This document shows, one piece after another, positions 11,629-18,257 of a DNA stretch of 64,000 nt. The translations under genes and the position numbers were made by a program. Under the pieces are notes generated by a model that was not told the DNA's origin, ran no database searches, and worked only from the letters and a program-made list of their open reading frames with translations. Location: NCBI GenBank assembly GCA_965644265.1, contig OZ286466.1, positions 69,626,001 through 69,690,000 of the forward strand. Direction: 5' to 3'. The stretch is from Glycera tridactyla. Taxonomy: Eukaryota. Within the stretch, counting starts at the first letter, position 1. Each line of letters opens with the position of its first letter.

Positions 11629-14336
11629 ATATAGCATCAACAAACGGACTCACCAGCAATGACGTGATTTGTGGAGTGAGGGAGATGGAGGAGAGCTGCA
11701 CGAAGGTGCAGGTGTTTCAAAATAAAAATCTGAATAATAATGTCAAAAAGTACACATTTCTCGTTGGTCTTGACTTTCAGCAAGCATCCAGTACATTTTC
11801 TAGCACTTGTCCTACTGATTTGCAGACTTGTGCTGATGAAATTGTGAAAATCGCCCTGTCAGAGGATACAGGGATTATGAACTTGTCAAACTTCTCTTTA
11901 CAGGAAGAACATGTGTCAATTTTGAGTAAAGGCCTTACCTTTTGCCCTACACCGGGGGAACCGGAAATGGGTGAAATTTGCAACGATTTAGAGAAATACC
12001 ATCGTAGATTACGATGTTATGCTCATTTCAACGACGATGCCACTGACATACAGTCATTGACATCAAAACTCAAACCCACTAAAAAGAAAAGTGCCCCAGA
12101 GTCGCTCTCTGGTACACCTTTCTCACAGGTAGATACGACTTCCCTCAAGGGTTCTTCAAAGGTCATTTTTGATGGAAATACCAGTCCTTTCGAAGATCGA
12201 GAGTTTTTACTGCCCTCTACTTTTGAGCCAAAACAGAATCCTAGAAGTCTTAATACATTCAGCGACATGAATGAACTTCATCTGTCAAAAGTCATTTTCA
12301 AGGAAAATCGCCCAGAAAATGTTACTAGAGCAGAGAGGGCTGGCCTTAAGACACTCAGTAGAAATCCCGAGATAGTGTTGAAAAAGGCAGATAAAGGGTC
12401 ATCAATTGTCATTCTGAATAGAGATGACTACATCAAGGAAGGCCTTTCACAATTGGAAAATCCAAATTTCTATAAGAAAATGGATGAGAACTTGACAATG
12501 AAACATCATGCGGAGATTGGGGAGTTTCTTCACAAAATGAAATGGGCAGGTGAAATTACTGATAAGACTGAGAAATACTTGTGGCAGGCAAACCCGAGGA
12601 CTCCTGAGTTTTACATGTTGCCCAAAATCCACAAAAAAACTAGACCCCCACCAGGTAGACCAATCATATCCGCCAATGATTGCCCTACCGAGAAAATATC
12701 CAAATTTGTGGATTTTTTCATTAAACCACTCCTCCCAGAAGTGAAATCATACCTAAGGGACACTACTGATTTCATCTGTCTTCTGGAAGACACTGGCATC
12801 CTACCGAAAAACAGTATCCTTTTCACCATGGATGTTACCAGTCTATATACAAACATACCGCATGAAGCCGGGATGGAGAGTGTTCGGAAAATCCTAGAGA
12901 AAAATAGAGCATCATATGCCATCCCGAGAACTGAATCACTCATGAAACTACTTGAATTTGTATTGAAAATGAATAACTTTCAATTCAATGGTGTAGATTA
13001 CCTCCAAATTGGAGGCACGGCTATGGGCACGAGGGTGGCCCCCAGCCTAGCTAATTTTTTCATGGGTGATTTTGAGGAGAGATTTGTGTACACCTATGCC
13101 AAGCAACCACTCATCTGGAAACGCTACCTAGATGACATTTTTGGAGTTTGGACCCATGGCAAGGAAGAGTTGGACAAGTTTGTAGAATACCTGAATTCTT
13201 GCCTTGATACCATAAAATTCACTGCAGAAATCTCGGAGGACCATGTGGTCTTCCTGGACACGACGGTCCACAAAGACAGTGAAGACAGACTATGGACGAC
13301 TGTATACTGTAAACCTACAGATAGCCATAGCTACCTCCATTTCAAATCAGCACATCCGATGCATATGAAAAAGAGTCTACCTTTCAGTCAATTCTTGAGA
13401 GTGAAGCGTATTTGCTCCAAAAATACTGATTTTATCAACGAGAGCGCCAAAATTATGGGACATTTTCTTAGAAGAGGATATCCCACAGAAATTGTTTTTG
13501 AAAGCTGGTACCGTGCAGACAAGGTCCAGAGAACAGAAGCCCTGAAGCCAGTTGGGAAAACTTCCAGTCAGGCCGATCAAACCAATCTCACTTTGGCTGA
13601 AACGGTCCCAAATGAGGATAGGTTTTTTTTGATCACCACTTACAATCCCCGTAATAATCAAATTCGGGGGATAGTGGAGAAAAATATGGAGATTTTATCT
13701 AGATCGTCGGCCACTAAAGATCTAGCAAGCATTGAGACTATTTTCGGTTTTCGGAGACCACAGAACTTGAGGGACATCCTGGTCAAGGCTAAACTTAAGC
13801 CTATCCAGGGAGACACCTCAGATAAAAAACCATGCAGTGAGACCAGGAATCTATGCAAAAATCCGAAGTGTAATCACTGCCCTGTACTTAATAAATCTGG
13901 AAAGATCAGAAGTCAGGTCACAAAGGTCAACTACACTTGCAAGAAAAATATCACTTGCAAAAGTTCCAACCTCATCTATTGCATCCAATGCAGGCGATGT
14001 GGGAGGCAATATGTGGGCCAAACACGAACAACAATCATGAAAAGACTCCAGGGGCATTTTGATAGGATCAAACGCAAAGTCTTGAGTGATGACATTGGAC
14101 GACACTTTAACTCTGATGACCACTTAGGCAGGGATGACCTTGAGTTGTTTGTATTGGATTTTGTGTATACAGACCCCATGGCCGAGTATGCAGAGAATCT
14201 GCGTCTTCTGATTGAGAAAAACTGGATACAGCGTTTGAGAACACAGCGACCTGATGGACTCAACACGATGTTAAAAACCAGAGACTACGGTAAAAGTAGA
14301 AACTGGAGATTCTACAAAAAAGGCAGATCAGGGTAG
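11340..14336 (+). CDS. PLE ORF2: reverse transcriptase + GIY-YIG endonuclease (true start uncertain: 11340, 11685 or spliced)
   Basis: PLE RT motifs LSKGLTFCPTP, KADKGSSIVILNRDDY, FTMDVTSLYTNIP, GTAMGTRVAPSLAN, WKRYLDDIF, FLDT, YCKPTDSHSYLHFKSAHP. Cys linker CKNPKCNHC. GIY-YIG NLIYCIQCRRCGRQYVGQT...RLQGH...HFNSDDH...IEKNWI...GLN. Confidence 0.95.
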   Translation: MAAATPEWPIWWPTETQSFTCITTWNSFVSGFSLWGNGTEEQHGTQRKIRVSPQRWTSVPKPTSTLREQWPTSGHGENHDGDGKRCYKAIKGTEVLNIASTNGLTSNDVICGVREMEESCTKVQVFQNKNLNNNVKKYTFLVGLDFQQASSTFSSTCPTDLQTCADEIVKIALSEDTGIMNLSNFSLQEEHVSILSKGLTFCPTPGEPEMGEICNDLEKYHRRLRCYAHFNDDATDIQSLTSKLKPTKKKSAPESLSGTPFSQVDTTSLKGSSKVIFDGNTSPFEDREFLLPSTFEPKQNPRSLNTFSDMNELHLSKVIFKENRPENVTRAERAGLKTLSRNPEIVLKKADKGSSIVILNRDDYIKEGLSQLENPNFYKKMDENLTMKHHAEIGEFLHKMKWAGEITDKTEKYLWQANPRTPEFYMLPKIHKKTRPPPGRPIISANDCPTEKISKFVDFFIKPLLPEVKSYLRDTTDFICLLEDTGILPKNSILFTMDVTSLYTNIPHEAGMESVRKILEKNRASYAIPRTESLMKLLEFVLKMNNFQFNGVDYLQIGGTAMGTRVAPSLANFFMGDFEERFVYTYAKQPLIWKRYLDDIFGVWTHGKEELDKFVEYLNSCLDTIKFTAEISEDHVVFLDTTVHKDSEDRLWTTVYCKPTDSHSYLHFKSAHPMHMKKSLPFSQFLRVKRICSKNTDFINESAKIMGHFLRRGYPTEIVFESWYRADKVQRTEALKPVGKTSSQADQTNLTLAETVPNEDRFFLITTYNPRNNQIRGIVEKNMEILSRSSATKDLASIETIFGFRRPQNLRDILVKAKLKPIQGDTSDKKPCSETRNLCKNPKCNHCPVLNKSGKIRSQVTKVNYTCKKNITCKSSNLIYCIQCRRCGRQYVGQTRTTIMKRLQGHFDRIKRKVLSDDIGRHFNSDDHLGRDDLELFVLDFVYTDPMAEYAENLRLLIEKNWIQRLRTQRPDGLNTMLKTRDYGKSRNWRFYKKGRSG

Positions 14337-14948
14337 AAGATCATAATTCCGTGCCTGTTGCAACAGAATTTTGTCAACCAGGCAGATATGTATATTTTTT
14401 TCAGAATCACGGGACATTTGATGTCGTGCCCCGATCAACTCCTGGTTTTACCCACGATCATAGCCGAGATATAAATCTTTGATTCTGTGTCCCTACCCTG
14501 GGATTACCCAGGCTGACCTTGATCAGGGGTCAAAGGTCAACCTTTGAGGCAACACTCAAATGTACTCTCCGCCTCGTCACTACATATTAATCTTCTTTCT
14601 GAGTGTTTTGAGTGTATACCTCCTTAAAGCCATCCGACCATGACGCTTATTGGGCCTCTCTGTGTAAGAGAACGCATCCGAAACCATGAACAGGCTGTCC
14701 CTGTACATGGAGTTGCCATTTATTTCAAGGTGAACAATACAGAGTGATTGATCTAAAATCCTTGAGGGAGAGAAAGTATTCAATCCCCCCCTTTACAATC
14801 TGATTAGGCCAATCAGACCCATACTGTGACATGCTCTCTCTGACTGTGTCATAGACCTTAGTTAGGTCACCACATAAAGGGGTTTGGGGCCACCAAGTCA
14901 TTTTGGTTGCCCCCAAATTTTTCTTTGACCGTGGCATTCACGTTTTAG

Positions 14949-15266
14949 TCAGTGTCTGATGAGGAGTGTCGTCTCCGAAACCGAAGGGATGGTTCGCTAA
15001 AATGGTTCCATTTTAGCCAAATAGGGGTGTAGAATATATCTGATTTGCCTCAGATAGATTTTACTGTAGTACCCCCAAATAAGCATTGATCCTTTTTAAG
15101 GACAATACTTGTTTGTAGACATCGACGCGCATACCCTTATTTGGCAGATCAAAACAAGGTCGCCAAGGGCAGCGTCTTTTGCTAGGCAACAAAGTAGGAT
15201 GCGTCATAGGCCTTTATAAGCGCCACGCTTTGAACCGACGGTTCAAACCAGCTTCGGTCACACTGA
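14949..15266 (+). ncRNA. Type I hammerhead ribozyme with a 265-nt insertion in stem III
   Basis: TCAGTGT(14949-55) CTGATGA(56-62) GGAG-tgtcgt-CTCC(63-76) GAAA CCGAAG(77-86) ... CTTCGG-T-C(15252-59) ACACTGA(15260-66). All core nucleotides are present, stems I and III have 7 perfect bp each, and the cleavage triplet is GUC. Confidence 0.88.
15215..15249 (+). promoter_or_regulatory. Candidate Pol II core promoter: TATAAG at -30 and Inr TCA(+1)AACC, predicted TSS 15245
   Basis: TATAAG 15215-20; YYANWYY match at 15243-49 with the A exactly 30 nt from the TATA T. Repeated at 21844, 28473, 35102 and (minus strand) 3074. Confidence 0.55.
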
Positions 15267-15329
15267 AAGAAGGAGGGATCCGTGCCTCGTCTATTTTATA
15301 TTCATTCTTTGGTTTCTTCCTTCAAGAAG

Positions 15330-18257
15330 ATGGCTTCTATACCACCCCTAGAGGATGGAAAAAAGACCCCCGAGATACAGGAAACGTTTTCCGTATCTGA
15401 ATCGAAAAAGACGACGTCCAAGGAGGAAGGAGATCGTGGGGACGCTCCGAGCGACGCCATGGACGCCGACAACGCTGACGCCGAGATGACAGCGTCAGAA
15501 AACGTTGGAGACAATCCTAATACTCCAGATGTGAGTATTACACATTTTCTCCCACCCGCAAAAATCCCCGACGTGATTTTAACTCGGGAAAATGGTTTTA
15601 AATGTGTCATAAACGTTGACAGCCCACGTCGAGATAGAAAGCACGACGCGCTATTGTCTCCCCATGACGCGATGGGGACCACGACGCGTTTTGACACTGA
15701 GATCAAAGGCGAGACCATTAACGTGTATAAACATATTGTGGCTAATTTTGATCCGATACAGGAAGGGGTAAACGACAATACCCCTTCAAAGAAAAAGAAG
15801 GAGAAGGACACCGAGGTTTTACCGCTTATATACGATGTCCCAACTTCATGTGATAAAGGATTGAGGAAGTTTAATCTCCATAAACACTGTTTTGAAAATA
15901 AGCCTCGTCAGTCCACTCGAAAACTAACACGCACAGTTCTGAACACAAATGTGACAGATGTTGAAAATGCTTCGCAAATGATTCAGACCGAAGATGAACG
16001 AAACATCTTGCGTGTAGATGACACGAAATATAACCGAAAAGTCTCCTTTCGAAATGAAGACTCTGTAAAGATTTGTGTGTCCACGGACACAGTCAAACCG
16101 CTTACATATTCGGTAAACTGTAGTTTTGACGTTTCACATAGGAGGAGGGAGTCTAACAAGAGTGCCACGCAGGCACCAGGCCCCCAACGTGCCTCGGGCA
16201 CATACGAACAGAGTCTTTTGATTTCAGATCAAATAGCTTCAGACCGTGAATTGGCACTACAAATGCAATGGCCTGAACCTACAGATAGCAATGTGGGCCT
16301 ATGGGACAATGTGATTAGCACACCCAAACCACAAAGAATCGTGAGAGTACATCAGCATAACAAAGACCCCACAACTGATAGTACTAAATCTCCAATGTCT
16401 GTTGAGTACGTTAGCGAAGGAACCCAAGCCCAGGGTTCGAACCCAGATGTCGTACCCTCTGATCAGACATCCAAATTGGAGGACTCACCCCTGCAGAGAC
16501 CCACAATTGGGAAAGGGGGAAAGTCACGTCCAAAAACAGTCAAAGGCCAGAATAGCATCAGATTGTTTCTGAAGCCAAAACCTCAAAAATTGCATGAAAA
16601 AGGAACAGAATCCATGTGTAGTGTGAATAGTGAGGCAACCCTGGTGAATCATGCAAGCTCATTTTCTGCTAGGGTTCAGAATCTGCCTTTTGATCCTCAG
16701 AACTTTGATTCAAATTCCACCATCACAGACAGGATATTGAACTCATCAAACAGGAATATGTCTGAATTCCTCGACACACTTGATGAATTTGATCTGCCTA
16801 TGAACCAACGAAGCAGTATGTCACTGAATGACCTACATACGGATTCGATAGTGGAAATTTCAGATCCCAGCAAATCAAAATCCAGTCCAAATGTCAAAGT
16901 GAATGTGGATTTGGACCAATCGGCCACTTTGAAAATCTTGGAATCTTTGGAAATGGACCAAGAGATGAGTCAAAGTGACCCACCTCTCTGTAGGAGTGAG
17001 AAACAAAGGAAGAGAAAGAGAATCAAATTCTCTACTCAACCTGAAAGAATCCCTAGCACAGAGAGTGAAAATTCGTCTTCAGATTTTATTGGTAAAAAAT
17101 CCACCTCCGAATCAGGGCCCAGCGATGTCCCACCTGCACTGAAAACCAATGAAATGTTATCTAATGGTTGTGTTACTTTGCAGGAGGAGAGACAGATCGA
17201 GGACGGAGAAGTGGATGGAGATGAGGACGATGGACCCGAGGTCAACATGGAGGCTGAATATGAGAGAATTCTGGAGAAACACATTACAGTCCCGTACGAG
17301 GCCTCGGATTCGTTCCGAAGAGCACGCAGCTCGTGGATCTCAGAAGCGAAATCCATGGCTCGAGGTGCACATCTTAAAGCAATGGCATCTGCTGACAGGA
17401 TTCCCAGGTGGGCTCTAGGACTGCAAGAAGCGCCCGCCTATTTTCCTGCAAATAAGGACATCCATGTATCATTCAATGACTTAGTTAGAGAACAGGCAAA
17501 AGAACGCATGGTGTTCTTTGGTGAAGCTTTAGAAACCAAAGCCCATTTCTATGGTAACATTGGTGATGCCAACTGTGAGGCCATGCGCATGTTATATGGT
17601 CCCACCCGCAAAGAGGACTTCAAGGAGGCCCGTCTCCTCCTGAAGGCAATTGCGATGAAAGATAAGGTAGCAACACGCAAAGGACTTGGTGAGATTGAGG
17701 TTGAGATAGGATCAAATCCAGTGCCCATGGACTCGATAGTAGAGACACTTCTGGCACCACAAAATCTAATCAACCGCAATGACCCAGTACCTATCACTTT
17801 CCAACCGCGAGAAGGAAAGAAAAATCGGAAGAGTGAAAATCAGTCCGAAGCGAGTACATCCACTGGTGGCTATACTGAGACGCCCCTCAATACTGAGGCC
17901 GACGCCCAAACAGGACGCGGGAGAGGTAGACGCTTCTCTCCAAAACGCCGCCAGGGCTCCCCTAATAGATGGCAGCAGCAACGCCAGAATGGCCAATCTG
18001 GTGGCCAACGGAGACGCAGTCGTTCACCTGTATCACCACGTGGAACAGCTTCGTCTCAGGATTTTCGCTCTGGGGCAACGGAACGGAAGAGCAACACGGG
18101 ACACAACGGAAGATCCGAGTATCGCCCCAGAGGTGGACGTCAGTACCAAAACCAACGTCCACGCTACGAGAACAATGGCCTACGTCAGGCCATGGAGAAA
18201 ATCATGATGGAGATGGCAAAAGATGTTACAAAGCCATCAAAGGGACAGAGGTTTTAA
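15330..18257 (+). CDS. PLE ORF1, ~975 aa, unknown function
   Basis: Intact long ORF upstream of and overlapping ORF2. NLS-like PSKKKKEK and KQRKRKRIKF, acidic EDGEVDGDEDDGPE, C-terminal RGRGRRFSP / RRRSRSP / RPRGGR. Confidence 0.82.
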   Translation: MASIPPLEDGKKTPEIQETFSVSESKKTTSKEEGDRGDAPSDAMDADNADAEMTASENVGDNPNTPDVSITHFLPPAKIPDVILTRENGFKCVINVDSPRRDRKHDALLSPHDAMGTTTRFDTEIKGETINVYKHIVANFDPIQEGVNDNTPSKKKKEKDTEVLPLIYDVPTSCDKGLRKFNLHKHCFENKPRQSTRKLTRTVLNTNVTDVENASQMIQTEDERNILRVDDTKYNRKVSFRNEDSVKICVSTDTVKPLTYSVNCSFDVSHRRRESNKSATQAPGPQRASGTYEQSLLISDQIASDRELALQMQWPEPTDSNVGLWDNVISTPKPQRIVRVHQHNKDPTTDSTKSPMSVEYVSEGTQAQGSNPDVVPSDQTSKLEDSPLQRPTIGKGGKSRPKTVKGQNSIRLFLKPKPQKLHEKGTESMCSVNSEATLVNHASSFSARVQNLPFDPQNFDSNSTITDRILNSSNRNMSEFLDTLDEFDLPMNQRSSMSLNDLHTDSIVEISDPSKSKSSPNVKVNVDLDQSATLKILESLEMDQEMSQSDPPLCRSEKQRKRKRIKFSTQPERIPSTESENSSSDFIGKKSTSESGPSDVPPALKTNEMLSNGCVTLQEERQIEDGEVDGDEDDGPEVNMEAEYERILEKHITVPYEASDSFRRARSSWISEAKSMARGAHLKAMASADRIPRWALGLQEAPAYFPANKDIHVSFNDLVREQAKERMVFFGEALETKAHFYGNIGDANCEAMRMLYGPTRKEDFKEARLLLKAIAMKDKVATRKGLGEIEVEIGSNPVPMDSIVETLLAPQNLINRNDPVPITFQPREGKKNRKSENQSEASTSTGGYTETPLNTEADAQTGRGRGRRFSPKRRQGSPNRWQQQRQNGQSGGQRRRSRSPVSPRGTASSQDFRSGATERKSNTGHNGRSEYRPRGGRQYQNQRPRYENNGLRQAMEKIMMEMAKDVTKPSKGQRF

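Noticed and set aside
14977-15005. Compact local hammerhead fold (GAAA-CC...GG-U-U right after the core)
   Set aside because: The nucleotides after the putative cleavage site do not pair with the GUGU preceding CUGAUGA. The distant partner at 15252-15266 gives perfect stems instead.
15282-15329. GTG start for ORF1 given by the track, and a possible acceptor TTCTTCCTTCAAG before the ATG
   Set aside because: Eukaryotic context favours ATG 15330. No convincing donor lies between the predicted TSS and this AG, so I do not call an intron.
15531-15622. Short 92-nt intron GTGAGT...TTGACAG in ORF1
   Set aside because: Removal shifts the frame and hits TAG after four codons, and the pyrimidine tract is poor.
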